Shown: positions 47,750 to 57,914 of the stretch, in pieces | Layout of the letters: the number at the start of each line of letters is the position of its first letter | Numbering within the stretch: position 1 is the first letter of the stretch | NCBI GenBank assembly: GCA_963842085.1 | Contig: CAWJET010000001.1 | Coordinates: forward strand, 2,688,001 to 2,752,000 | Direction: 5' to 3' | DNA: 64,000 bases | Source: an uncultured delta proteobacterium | GTDB lineage: Bacteria > Desulfobacterota > Binatia > Binatales > Binataceae | Notes under the pieces: model-generated | Told to the model about the DNA's origin: nothing | Databases searched by the model: none | The model's input: only the letters and a program-made list of their open reading frames with translations | Made by a program: the position numbers and the translations under genes

Positions 47750-48437
47750 GTGCGATATAAAGGCCACGGCCCATCAGGCCCTCGGTGTCGTAACGCACTT
47801 CCATATTCGCCGACTCGAACGCACGCGTCATCTCGTCGCGCGTGAACAGTCCGAGCTCGAGGCGCTCGCTGTAGTGCTCGATGCCGTCGGGCCTACCCCT
47901 TAGATAGTGCAGCGACAAGACGGACAGGTTGCCTTCCTGGCCGCTGTGGCTCATGCGGCAGACTTTGTCGGCGCCGATTTCACCCGCATGAATGAAGGTT
48001 GCGCCGGGCTTCCAGTCATCCGGAGTGAGCCAGGGCTCGACGATGAGCACGCCGCCGGGCTTTACGTGACGCGCCATGCATGCGACGGCGCGATTCATGC
48101 GGTCGACGGTGCGGACGTAGCCGATTGCGCTGAACAGGCACGTCACCGCGTCGTAGGTCGTCGCCAAATCGAAGTCGGTCATGTCGGCGCGTATGTAGCG
48201 GCCGGCGGGATTCTTCACGCGCGCGGCGTGCAGATAATTTTCGTTGAGATCTATGCCGTCGACCGCGTAGCGCTCCTTCAGAAACTTATCGTGTTCTCCC
48301 GTGCCGCACGCGACGTCGAGAATCGTGCGCGCGCCAGGCGTGGCTACCGCGATCACGGCGCGCAAAACCTCGCACTCGCGCGCGTAGTTCTTGAAGTGAT
48401 AGATGGCGTCGTAAAGCTCGGAACTTTCGAGGAACAT
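47739..48437 (-). CDS. Class I SAM-dependent methyltransferase (TylM1/DesVI-like)
   Basis: LDVACGTG.H, DMTDFDL...YDAVTCLFSAIGY, IVEPW. Confidence 0.85.
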   Translation of the reverse strand: MFLESSELYDAIYHFKNYARECEVLRAVIAVATPGARTILDVACGTGEHDKFLKERYAVDGIDLNENYLHAARVKNPAGRYIRADMTDFDLATTYDAVTCLFSAIGYVRTVDRMNRAVACMARHVKPGGVLIVEPWLTPDDWKPGATFIHAGEIGADKVCRMSHSGQEGNLSVLSLHYLRGRPDGIEHYSERLELGLFTRDEMTRAFESANMEVRYDTEGLMGRGLYIARQG

Positions 48438-48503
48438 CGGCCAAGCTTATCGATTCCGCGCGGCGGATTCACGGGCGCGCGATATGGTAAGAATCATGCA
48501 GGC

Positions 48504-48743
48504 ATGGAAGCGCGCGGCAAAGCTTCGGTTGTTCGCCTCGATCTGCGAGGCGTCAAGTGTCCGCTCAACTGGGCGCGCGCGAAGGTGCGGCTCGAGCAGA
48601 TGGCGCGTGGCGAGGTCCTGGAACTGACGCTCGACGATCCGCGCGGTGCTCGCGACATCCCGGATGCGGCAGAGGCGGAGGGCTACGTGATGCTCGAATC
48701 CAGCGTGCGCGGCGGCATCTTCCACTTACGCATCGAGCGCTAG
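48504..48743 (+). CDS. TusA/SirA family sulfur carrier
   Basis: LDLRGVKCPL, LTLDDP...DIP. Confidence 0.85.
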   Translation: MEARGKASVVRLDLRGVKCPLNWARAKVRLEQMARGEVLELTLDDPRGARDIPDAAEAEGYVMLESSVRGGIFHLRIER

Positions 48744-48793
48744 CGGCAAGCTCGTTTGCACAGCGCGGTCCGTTCGCGTTAGAAATCACGCCG

Positions 48794-49636
48794 ATGCGCG
48801 TAAACATTGGCGATGTGCGGTTGTTCTTCGACGTTGAGGGCGCGAAGCTGCGGCCCGACGGCGCGAAGATGCGCGAGGTGCCGACGCTCGTCCTGCTGCA
48901 CGGCGGCCCCGGCTTCGATCATTCGAGCTTCAAGCCCGACTTCTCGCGCCTGGCGGAGATCGCACAGGTTGTATATCTCGACCATCGCGGCAATGGGCGC
49001 AGCGATCGCGGCGATCCGGCGAAATGGAATCTCCCGCAATGGGGTGACGACGTGCGCGCGTTTTGCGAAGCGCTGGAAATCGAGCGCCCGATTGTGATGG
49101 GCTTATCGTTCGGCGGCATGCTTGCGATGTCGTACGCAACGCGCCATCCCGAGCATCCTGGCAAGCTGGTGCTGAGCAGCACGGCGGCGCTGACGCGGCA
49201 GGATCGATCGCTGGCAATGTTCGAGCGGCTGGGCGGGGCGGAAGTGCGTGAAGTGGCGCGGCGATTCTTCGAGAATCCCGGGCCGGAAGCAATGGCCGAC
49301 TATCAGAAAAAGTGTCTTCCCCTTTACAACCGGACGCCATCGGGGCCCGAGCTCATCCAGCGCTCGGTGATGAATCCCAAGTTGATGGCGGATTTTTTCC
49401 TGCACGAAGCGCACACCTTCAACTTCATCCCGGATCTTGTGCGGATAAAATGCCCGACGTTGATTGCCGCGGGCGAACTCGATCCGATCCTGCCGGTTGC
49501 CGACTCGAAGGACATCGCCGCGGCGATGGCGCCGGGCGTGGCGCGGCTCGAAGTATTCGAGAATGCCGGCCACGGGGCGCATCGCGACCAACCGGAGCGC
49601 TTCTTCAAAGTTCTGAACGAATTTATCCTGGCCTGA
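48794..49636 (+). CDS. Alpha/beta hydrolase (proline iminopeptidase-like)
   Basis: LHGGPG, DHRGNGRS, GLSFGG, AGH. Confidence 0.88.
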   Translation: MRVNIGDVRLFFDVEGAKLRPDGAKMREVPTLVLLHGGPGFDHSSFKPDFSRLAEIAQVVYLDHRGNGRSDRGDPAKWNLPQWGDDVRAFCEALEIERPIVMGLSFGGMLAMSYATRHPEHPGKLVLSSTAALTRQDRSLAMFERLGGAEVREVARRFFENPGPEAMADYQKKCLPLYNRTPSGPELIQRSVMNPKLMADFFLHEAHTFNFIPDLVRIKCPTLIAAGELDPILPVADSKDIAAAMAPGVARLEVFENAGHGAHRDQPERFFKVLNEFILA

Positions 49637-49646
49637 AGCGCAAGCG

Positions 49647-50333
49647 ATGGCACGACGCTACTTCAGTCCGCGATTTTTCGAATTTTTCGAGGAGCTGAGC
49701 CGCAACAACAATCGCGATTGGTTCCAGCAGAACAAGCCGCGCTACGAGCACGACGTGCGCGAGCCGATGCTCGCGTTCATCGCGGACTTCGCGCCGCGGC
49801 TCAAAAAGATCAGCGCGCACTACGAGGCGGATCCGCGCCCGACCGGCGGCTCGATGATGCGCATCTATCGCAATCTGCGCTTCTCGCGCGACAAGACGCC
49901 GTATCATACCAACGCGTCCGCCGCGTTCGGTCATCGCGACGGGGCACACTTCAACTCGCCGTCGTTCTATCTGTCGCTGTCGCCGGCCGAGGCTTTCGCC
50001 GGCGTTGGCGTGTGGCATCCGCAGGGCGACACCGTCGCAAAGATTCGCGATGCGATCGTCGCGCGGCCCGCGAAATGGAAGAGCGCGGTCAACGATCGAA
50101 AATTCAGGGCGCGATTCGAAATGATGGGCGACATGCTGTCGCGTCCGCCTAAGGGCTACAGTCCCACTCATCCGTTGATCGAAGATCTTAAGCGCAAGGA
50201 CTTTATCGGTGGCACGGAGTTCACGCGCAAGGAAGTCTGCTCGGCGGAGTTCCTGGATTTGTTTTCCCGCGTGTGCGCCGCGTCCGCGCCCTTCATGAAG
50301 TTTCTCACCGAGGCGATGGGCCTCAAGTGGTGA
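49647..50333 (+). CDS. DUF2461 (TIGR02453) family protein
   Basis: NNNRDWF, RIYRNLRFSRDKTPY, PPKGY...HP.IEDLKRKDF. Confidence 0.9.
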   Translation: MARRYFSPRFFEFFEELSRNNNRDWFQQNKPRYEHDVREPMLAFIADFAPRLKKISAHYEADPRPTGGSMMRIYRNLRFSRDKTPYHTNASAAFGHRDGAHFNSPSFYLSLSPAEAFAGVGVWHPQGDTVAKIRDAIVARPAKWKSAVNDRKFRARFEMMGDMLSRPPKGYSPTHPLIEDLKRKDFIGGTEFTRKEVCSAEFLDLFSRVCAASAPFMKFLTEAMGLKW

Positions 50334-50406
50334 GCGCGGAAACGGTCTCTTAGCTCCTCTTCCTGCGGTTAGGCCAAAGGGGGCCGTCGAGATAAAATCA
50401 AGCGCG

Positions 50407-53400
50407 ATGCGATGCTCGAGTTGCGGCACGGAAAATCCGGCTGGGATGAAGTTCTGCGGCAATTGCGCGGCGGCGCTTCGCAACAAATGTCCGCGCTGCG
50501 GATTGGAAAATCCTCTCGGCTTCAAATTTTGCGGCGAATGCGGCGCGGCGCTGACGCCGGTTCCAGGAGCCAGCGCGAACGCCAGACCTTCTGTGTCGGT
50601 CGCGGAACCATCGGTACGGGTGCGATTAGACGAGGCCGCCGCGAACGAGCCAGGCGGCGAGCGCAAGACCGTGACCGCGCTGTTCGCCGACATCAAGGGC
50701 TCGATGGACCTGATGGAAGGACTCGATCCCGAAGAGGCGCGCGCAATTGTCGATCCGGCGCTGAAGCTGATGATCGACGCCGTGCATCGCTACGACGGTT
50801 ACATCGTGCAATCGACCGGCGATGGAGTCTTCGCGTTGTTCGGCGCTCCGGTCGCGCACGAAGACCATGCCCAGCGCGGACTCTATGCGGCGCTGCGCGT
50901 GCAGGAGGAGATGAAAAAGTATTCGGCCGGCCTGCGCGCGGCGGGAAATCCGCCGGTCGAAGTCCGGGTCGGACTCAACACCGGCGAGGTGGTGGTGCGC
51001 TCGATTCGAACCGGCGACGCGCATACCGAGTACACGCCGATCGGGCACTCGATGAGTCTGGCGGCGCGAATGCAGATGCTTGCACCGACCGGGTCGATCG
51101 TCATCACGGAGCAGACCCAAAAACTCACGGCCGGCTACTTCGACTTGAAACCGCTCGGCCCGGCGCGAATCAAGGGCGTCAGCGAACCGGTCAACGTGTA
51201 CGAGGTGATTGGGATCGGCCCGCTCAGGACACGGCTTCAGATGTCGGCGTCGCGCGGGCTGTCAAAGTTCGTGGGCCGGCGCGCGGAGCTTGAGCAGCTC
51301 GACAAGGCGCTCGAGCTGGCGCGCGCCGGACACGGTCAGATCGTCGCGGCGATGGCCGAAGCTGGAGTCGGCAAGTCGCGCCTGTCTTACGAATTCAAGA
51401 TGCGCAAGCAGAGCGAGGCGCTCGTGCTCGAAGCGTTCTCGTTCTCGCACGGCAAAGCGTCGGCATATCTACCGGTGGTCGATTTGCTCAAAACCTATTT
51501 CCGAATTGCCGATCGCGACGACGAGCGGACCCGACGCGAAAAGGTCACCGGCAAGGTGCTGGCGTTGGACCGCGCGCTGGAAGATACGCTGCCGCATCTG
51601 TTCGCGCTGCTCGGGATTCCGGTTGGCGACGCCCGGCTCGACGAGATGGATCCTTCGATTCGACGCCGCCGCACGCGCGAGGCGGTCAAGAGTCTCATCG
51701 TGCGCGAGAGCCTCAATCAGCCGTTGATTGTCATCTTCGAGGACCTTCACTGGATCGACGCCGAGTCCGAAGCGCTGCTGAACCTGATTGCCGACTCGCT
51801 CGGCACCGCGCGAATCCTAATGATGGTCAACTACCGGCCCGAGTACCGGCACAACTGGGGCAGCAAGACCTGCTACACGCAGATACGGCTCGATCCGCTG
51901 GGCGCCGAGAATACCGCCGAACTGCTGTCGGCGATGTTGGGCGACGAACGCGCGCTCGCTCCGCTGAAGGCGACGATCATCGAGCGCACTCAGGGCAATC
52001 CATTTTTTATCGAGGAGATGGTGCAAGTGCTCTTTGACCAGGGCGTGCTGGTGCGCGACGGCCCGGTGTCGCTGGCCAAGCCGCTTACGTCGATCGAGAT
52101 ACCCTCGACCGTCAAGGGCATCCTGGCCGCGCGAATCGACAAGCTCGCGCCGGCCGACAAGGATTTGCTGCAGTCGCTCGCCGTGATCGGCAAGGAATTT
52201 CCGATTGGCCTGATACGGCGCGTGGTCGGCAGGTCAGATGACGAACTCGCTCCCATGCTATCGAACTTGCAGGCCGCCGAGTTCATCTACGAACAACCGG
52301 CGTTTCCCGAAAACGAGTACACCTTCAAGCACGCGCTGACGCAGGAAGTCGCTTACGGCTCCGTGCTGATGGAGCGGCGCAGAATTCTTCATGAGCGCAC
52401 GGCGGCGGCGCTCGAAGCGATGTTCGCGGCGACGCTGGACGATCACCTGGCGGAGCTTGCGCATCATTATGGCCGCAGCGCCAACGTGCCCAAGGCGATC
52501 GAATACCTGCGCCGCGCGGCGGAGCAGGCGGGCGCGCGTTCGGCATATAACGACGCCATCGGGTACGGGCGCGAGGCGTTGCGCTTGATCGGGATGATGC
52601 CGGAATCGCTCGAGCGCGATCAACGCGAGCTGAAGATCCAGATGATGCTGGGTCCTCTGCTCGTCGCGGTCCAGGGATTTTCGTCGCCGGAGACCGCAGG
52701 CAATGTCGTGCGCACGCAGGAACTTTGCCGCCGCGCGGGTGAGACGCCCGAGGTCTTCGGCATGCTGTTTCAGCTGTGGAGCTTCGATCATGCCAGCGGG
52801 AAATTGCGCGAGAGCCGGGTGATAGCGGAGCAGTTGCTCGGTATGGCTGGACGCATGAACAGCGACATCGCGACGGCGGCCGCGCACAACGCGATGGGAT
52901 CGACGCAGCTTGAGATGGGCGAATTTTCAGCGGCGCGCGAGCACCAGGAGATAGTCGCCGAAATCTACAACCGCGACATTCCGCGCTATCTGCCGTCGAT
53001 GCAGGCGCCGGTGATACCGTCGCGGTGCCATCTCGCGTGGGCGCTGCATATAGGCGGGGATCCGGAGCAGGCGAGACAGCGGATGCGCGAGGCAAACGCG
53101 CTTGCGGCGCAGCTCCGCCGTCCCTTCAGCCTTGCGTTTGTTCACCTGTACGCGATCGTGCTGAGTCATTTCCGGCACGAGTACGCGGAAGTGCGTGCCC
53201 GGTCGGAAACACTAATCGAAATTTCGACCGAATATGGATTTCCGTATTGGCTGGCGGCGGGGAAAATGTGTCTCGCGCGCACGATCGCCGGCGAAGGCTA
53301 CGCCCGGGGCGACGAAAGCGCTCTGATGACCGGACTCACGATGATGAAAGAGGCCGCCGAGCACCTGGCCGTCAGCAACGCCGACCTGATCTATTCGTTC

Positions 53401-53796
53401 TCATTTGTCCTGCTCGCGGAACTGTACCTTATGATGAAGCGTCCCGATGAATGTCTTCGAGAGCTCGAGCAGGCGACTCAGCGGGCCGAGCAAATGGACC
53501 ATCGATTACTCGAAGCAGAAGTTCACCGGCTCCGCGGCGAGACGATGCTCACCATTCCGAACGGCGACGACGAAGCCGAGCGATGCTTTCGGCATGCGAT
53601 CGAGATCGCACGGCGGCAACACGCGCGCTCGTGGGAGTTGCGCGCCGCGGCGAGCCTGGCGCGGCTGTTGGAGCGCACCGGTAGACGCGACGAGGCTCGC
53701 GCAACCCTGGCGCCGGTATTCGCGCAATTCACCGAAGGGTTCGATACGATCGATCTGCGCGACGCGAAGGCACTGCTCGAGCAATTGGACGCGTAA
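50407..53796 (+). CDS. Double zinc ribbon - class III nucleotide cyclase - STAND ATPase - TPR protein
   Basis: Four CxxC pairs; FADIKGS, GDG; Walker A AGVGKS, Walker B FEDLHW; GNPFFIEE, FKHAL; TPR tail ending FTEGFDT.DL..AKALL. Confidence 0.92.
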   Translation: MRCSSCGTENPAGMKFCGNCAAALRNKCPRCGLENPLGFKFCGECGAALTPVPGASANARPSVSVAEPSVRVRLDEAAANEPGGERKTVTALFADIKGSMDLMEGLDPEEARAIVDPALKLMIDAVHRYDGYIVQSTGDGVFALFGAPVAHEDHAQRGLYAALRVQEEMKKYSAGLRAAGNPPVEVRVGLNTGEVVVRSIRTGDAHTEYTPIGHSMSLAARMQMLAPTGSIVITEQTQKLTAGYFDLKPLGPARIKGVSEPVNVYEVIGIGPLRTRLQMSASRGLSKFVGRRAELEQLDKALELARAGHGQIVAAMAEAGVGKSRLSYEFKMRKQSEALVLEAFSFSHGKASAYLPVVDLLKTYFRIADRDDERTRREKVTGKVLALDRALEDTLPHLFALLGIPVGDARLDEMDPSIRRRRTREAVKSLIVRESLNQPLIVIFEDLHWIDAESEALLNLIADSLGTARILMMVNYRPEYRHNWGSKTCYTQIRLDPLGAENTAELLSAMLGDERALAPLKATIIERTQGNPFFIEEMVQVLFDQGVLVRDGPVSLAKPLTSIEIPSTVKGILAARIDKLAPADKDLLQSLAVIGKEFPIGLIRRVVGRSDDELAPMLSNLQAAEFIYEQPAFPENEYTFKHALTQEVAYGSVLMERRRILHERTAAALEAMFAATLDDHLAELAHHYGRSANVPKAIEYLRRAAEQAGARSAYNDAIGYGREALRLIGMMPESLERDQRELKIQMMLGPLLVAVQGFSSPETAGNVVRTQELCRRAGETPEVFGMLFQLWSFDHASGKLRESRVIAEQLLGMAGRMNSDIATAAAHNAMGSTQLEMGEFSAAREHQEIVAEIYNRDIPRYLPSMQAPVIPSRCHLAWALHIGGDPEQARQRMREANALAAQLRRPFSLAFVHLYAIVLSHFRHEYAEVRARSETLIEISTEYGFPYWLAAGKMCLARTIAGEGYARGDESALMTGLTMMKEAAEHLAVSNADLIYSFSFVLLAELYLMMKRPDECLRELEQATQRAEQMDHRLLEAEVHRLRGETMLTIPNGDDEAERCFRHAIEIARRQHARSWELRAAASLARLLERTGRRDEARATLAPVFAQFTEGFDTIDLRDAKALLEQLDA

Positions 53797-53806
53797 GGCG
53801 CGGCGC

Positions 53807-55057
53807 CTAGAGCATGCGGCCGATCTTCTGACGCAGGCGGCCGAAGAATCCCGCGCGAGTAACGCCCGCTTTGCTGACTATCGGAATGGTTGCTTGTGGC
53901 TTGCCGTCGAGTAGAACCGCCAGATCGCCGACCTGATCTCCCGGGTGGACCGGCGCTTCCAGATATCTCACTGCGGGCTCGAATTGGACCGTCACCTTGC
54001 TCTCTTCGCCCCGCCCGAGCGTGAACACTGCATCGCCGTTGGGTCCGATGGCGACGGTCTCGGCGACGCCGTCGTGCACGGGTATCGCCGCGGGCATCGC
54101 TTTCTTCAAATCGGGCCGGTAGCTGACAAAAGTCCGAAACGCCCACTCGATTAATTTTTCGGTTTCAGTGCGGCGCCGCTCCGCGCTCGGCGCACCCATC
54201 ACGGCCGACAGCAGATTCATCCCGTTCGACGATGCCGACGCGACCAGATGATAGCCCGCTTCCTCGACATGCCCGGTCTTTATCCCGTTCACGCGCTTGT
54301 CGTAGAACAGCAGCGTATTGAAGTTGGGTTGCTTGATCTTGTCGAAAGCGAATTCCTTGTCCGAAGTGTACGTGAGCGCCTCCGGATGATGGTTCACGAG
54401 CGAGCGCGCAAGCGCGACCATATCCGCCGCGGTTGTGAATTCGCCTTCCTCGGGCAGTCCATCGGGGTTGTCGAAGTGAGTCTCCTTGAGCCCGATTTCT
54501 TTGGCCTTGTCGTTCATCATCTGCGTGAACGCGTCGGTGCTGCCGCCGAGGTATTCGGCGAGCGCCACGGCGGCGTCGTTGCCCGACGATACCATCAGGC
54601 CATACAAGAGATCGTTCACGGCGACCTTTTGTCCGACGCCGAGAAACATCCGCGAGACGGTGTCGTCCATGGACAGCCGCCAGGCCTTTTCGCTGATCGT
54701 GACGTCGGTAGAAGAAGCGATCTTGCCCGCCTTCAGCGCGTCGAGAGCCAGGTAGAACGTCATGATCTTGGCGAGGCTGGCGGGCGGCATCTTCTCATGC
54801 TCGTTGTACGCGTACAGCACCGCGCCGGTATCGGCGTCGATCATCATGGCGGCCTTTGCGTCGAGGGCAAACGGCGCCGGCCTGTCTCCGAGCACATGGA
54901 TGGCGGTCAGCGGGACCGCCGGAGCTTCTTCCTGCGCGGCGTGCTTCGATTCGACCGGATGGCGGTGAATCACCCGCGCAAATAACGGAGTGGAACTAGC
55001 TGCCAGAAGACAGATCGCTGCAAGCGCAATAGTTTTCGACATTAATTTCTTCCGCAC
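53807..55057 (-). CDS. D-alanyl-D-alanine carboxypeptidase (peptidase S11)
   Basis: Signal peptide; PASLAK, SGN, KTG; PBP5 C-terminal domain. Confidence 0.93.
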   Translation of the reverse strand: MRKKLMSKTIALAAICLLAASSTPLFARVIHRHPVESKHAAQEEAPAVPLTAIHVLGDRPAPFALDAKAAMMIDADTGAVLYAYNEHEKMPPASLAKIMTFYLALDALKAGKIASSTDVTISEKAWRLSMDDTVSRMFLGVGQKVAVNDLLYGLMVSSGNDAAVALAEYLGGSTDAFTQMMNDKAKEIGLKETHFDNPDGLPEEGEFTTAADMVALARSLVNHHPEALTYTSDKEFAFDKIKQPNFNTLLFYDKRVNGIKTGHVEEAGYHLVASASSNGMNLLSAVMGAPSAERRRTETEKLIEWAFRTFVSYRPDLKKAMPAAIPVHDGVAETVAIGPNGDAVFTLGRGEESKVTVQFEPAVRYLEAPVHPGDQVGDLAVLLDGKPQATIPIVSKAGVTRAGFFGRLRQKIGRML

Positions 55058-55170
55058 GCCCGTTTCCCCATCCCCCTCATGATGTTACACCGCAAGCGCC
55101 CCGGGCGCGACGTTCCCAATTCGGCATATTCCCTTTTCTCTCGTTCGAGCATAAAGGAAACTGAGCCCGC

Positions 55171-56481
55171 ATGGACGTGTCCGTAATTCTACCGGTCGTG
55201 AACGAGGCCGAAAACCTGAGGATCCTGATCCCCAGGCTCATCGCGCTGTTTGACCGCGAGCGGCTGAGTTACGAGATCGTCGTGGTCGATGGCGGGTCAA
55301 CCGACGGCACTCGCGAAACGGCGGCGGCGCTCGGCGCGCGAGTCGTCGGGGAACGCCGGCGCGGATTCGCGGGCGCGATGGAGACGGGCATCGCTGAGGC
55401 GCGCGGCGACTACGTGCTTACGCTCGACGCCGACCAGTCGCACGATCCCGATTTCATCGTCAAGATGTGGCGGGCCCGAACGCGCGCTGACATCGTGGTC
55501 GCGTCCCGCTACGCGCTCGGCGGCGTCGCTTACTCAGATTTCATCCGCCGCTCGACGAGTTGGCTGCTGAACCTGGTGCTGCGGCGGATTCTCTCGATGC
55601 CGGTGCGCGACGTGTCCAGCGGATATCGCCTGTACCGGCGTGAGGCGTTGGCGAACCTCGAACTCACATCGTCGAATTTCGAGGTGCAGGAGGAAATCCT
55701 GGTCAAAGCCTACGCCAGCGGGTTCAGCGTCGTCGAAGTTCCGTTCACTTATTTCCCGCGCGGGGCGGGCCGCTCGCACGCCAAGCTGATCAGCTTCGGC
55801 TGGAAGATATTCCGTTCTTCTCTGTCGCTGTGGAAAATCCGCAACTCGCTCGCGTCCGCCGACTACGACGAACGCGCCTTCTACAGCCTGATTCCGCCGC
55901 AGCGCTACTGGCAACGCCGCCGCCATCGCATCACGGTGTTATGGGCGCGCGGCGCGGAACGCGTGCTGGATGCAGGATGCGGTTCCAGCCTGATCGTGCA
56001 GAGCCTCAACAACGTCATCGGCATGGATTTCAACTACGCCAAGCTCCGCTTCCTGCGCCGCTACGAAATCCCGCTGGTCAACGGCTCCGCCTTCGCACTG
56101 CCATTCAAGGATGGTTCGTTCGACTGCGTGATCAGTTCGCAGGTCATCGAACATATTCGATACGACGAGTCGCTCTTCAGTGAGATGCGCCGGGTGCTCC
56201 GGACCGGCGGCACACTGATCCTCGGAACGCCCGACTACTCGACGATCGGCTGGCGCGTTATCGAACCGATTTACGGTTTCCTGATGCCCGGCGGATACAA
56301 GGACGAGCACATCACGCATTACACGCTGGACCAGCTTCGGGAGATACTTGCCCGCTACGGAATTACGATCGAGGATGTTGCCTACATCGCGCGCAGCGAG
56401 CTTATCCTTCGATGTCGCAAGGATGAACTCGAGGTTCGCGCCGGCGTCAAGGTCGACGCGGTCGCCTCGACGGCGGTCTGA
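55171..56481 (+). CDS. GT2 (DPM1-like) glycosyltransferase fused to a class I SAM methyltransferase
   Basis: VVDGGSTDGT, LDAD.SH, DVSSGYR; then VLDAGCG, LPF..GSFD, VIEH. Confidence 0.88.
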   Translation: MDVSVILPVVNEAENLRILIPRLIALFDRERLSYEIVVVDGGSTDGTRETAAALGARVVGERRRGFAGAMETGIAEARGDYVLTLDADQSHDPDFIVKMWRARTRADIVVASRYALGGVAYSDFIRRSTSWLLNLVLRRILSMPVRDVSSGYRLYRREALANLELTSSNFEVQEEILVKAYASGFSVVEVPFTYFPRGAGRSHAKLISFGWKIFRSSLSLWKIRNSLASADYDERAFYSLIPPQRYWQRRRHRITVLWARGAERVLDAGCGSSLIVQSLNNVIGMDFNYAKLRFLRRYEIPLVNGSAFALPFKDGSFDCVISSQVIEHIRYDESLFSEMRRVLRTGGTLILGTPDYSTIGWRVIEPIYGFLMPGGYKDEHITHYTLDQLREILARYGITIEDVAYIARSELILRCRKDELEVRAGVKVDAVASTAV

Positions 56482-56497
56482 ATCCGCACGAGTCCTG

Positions 56498-56932
56498 ATG
56501 ATGGCAGCACCCTGCATACCGAGATTTGCCGGGACCGCGGCGCTGGCCATCCTGGTGGCGATCGCGACTTGCACCGCGTCGTGCTCGAGCAACAAGCCGC
56601 CATCGGGAACGGACTTGGCAAACATGCAAATAGCGCCCGCGACAACCGAATCCTGCGAGATCGATGCGGTGAAGATGTGCCAGGCCACTGGAGGGCCGGC
56701 GCTGGCACAGTCGTCGCAGTCCGCGACGACACCGATGCCTGGTTCATACGCGCCGCCGAGCGCTCCCGAGTCCGTCGAATTCCAGATCCCTGCGGGGCAA
56801 GCCATCAAGCTGATGTGCTATTACAATCCGCAGCACAGCTCGGTCTACCGGGCCGACGCTACGGCAGAGTCCCCGCTGACCGGGAACTCCGTCGAGTACA
56901 TGAAGAAGCAGGGATTCTGCACTAACAAATAG
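56498..56932 (+). CDS. Hypothetical Cys-containing lipoprotein
   Basis: Hydrophobic signal ending TASC; four further Cys residues. Confidence 0.6.
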   Translation: MMAAPCIPRFAGTAALAILVAIATCTASCSSNKPPSGTDLANMQIAPATTESCEIDAVKMCQATGGPALAQSSQSATTPMPGSYAPPSAPESVEFQIPAGQAIKLMCYYNPQHSSVYRADATAESPLTGNSVEYMKKQGFCTNK

Positions 56933-56971
56933 AGTGGACGGCCGTCGGCGCAGCCCGCAGAGGAAATCGAA

Positions 56972-57787
56972 ATGCCAAAGATTCAAGTCGGCGAAGTGAA
57001 CCTCAACTACGACGTTGCCGGGAAGGGCGAGCCGCTCCTGATGATCATGGGTCTGGGTGCCAGCTCGGCGGCATGGGATCCCGAGCTGATAGTCGAACTC
57101 GCACGCACGTTTCGCGTGATCACTTTCGACAATCGCGGCACTGGGCAGAGCGACAAGCCTGACGCTCCATATTCGATCGAGATGTTTGCCGATGACACGG
57201 CGGGGCTGCTCGGGAAGCTCGACGTTTCGCGGGCGCACATCTTTGGCGTCTCGATGGGCGGAATGATCGCGCAGGAGTTCGCGCTGCGGCATCCAGCTCG
57301 AACGGCGACGCTCACGCTGGGATGCACCACCGCGGGTGGCACGCACTCCGTGCCGCCGCCGCCCGAATCGCTGAAAATTCTGACCGCGCCGCGTGTAGGT
57401 GTTTCGCCGGAGGACGTGATTCGCCGCGGATGGCCGCTTGCGTACACGCCAAAATACATCGCCGAGAATCGTGCGGTGCTCGAAGCCGGGATCCCGCGCC
57501 TGCTGAAGTATCCAACGCCGCCGTTTGCGTTCCAGCGCCAACTCGAAGGGACCTACACGCTGAAGACTTTCGACCGCCTGCCGCAAATCAAGGCGCCGAC
57601 GTTGGTCATCACGGGTGCCGAGGACGTGCTGCTCCCGGCGAGGAACTCCGAGATAATCGCGGCTCAGATACCCGGCGCGAAATTGCACATCATCCCCGGC
57701 GTCGGACACGCGTTCATGGCCGAAGGCCGCGATGCATTCCTGAAAGTATTTCTGCCGTTCGTAAAATCGCATCCAATGGGCGCGTAG
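56972..57787 (+). CDS. Alpha/beta hydrolase (enol-lactone hydrolase-like)
   Basis: FDNRGTGQS, GVSMGG, ED, VGH; SD GAGGA. Confidence 0.9.
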   Translation: MPKIQVGEVNLNYDVAGKGEPLLMIMGLGASSAAWDPELIVELARTFRVITFDNRGTGQSDKPDAPYSIEMFADDTAGLLGKLDVSRAHIFGVSMGGMIAQEFALRHPARTATLTLGCTTAGGTHSVPPPPESLKILTAPRVGVSPEDVIRRGWPLAYTPKYIAENRAVLEAGIPRLLKYPTPPFAFQRQLEGTYTLKTFDRLPQIKAPTLVITGAEDVLLPARNSEIIAAQIPGAKLHIIPGVGHAFMAEGRDAFLKVFLPFVKSHPMGA

Positions 57788-57806
57788 GCGCCGATCCGCG
57801 CGGCGC

Positions 57807-57835
57807 TTGCCATGCAGGCATATTTTCGCTATATC
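57807..57835 (+). promoter_or_regulatory. Candidate sigma-70 promoter of the deaminase cassette
   Basis: TTGCCA-17 nt-TATATC; predicted start near 57842-57843. Confidence 0.5.
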
Positions 57836-57914
57836 TTCGCCTATGAGCGAGGGCGACATTCGAGTGATCAAGACGCCTTCTGCCACTCATTCTTATCTTA
57901 TATTCTCTTAGTTC

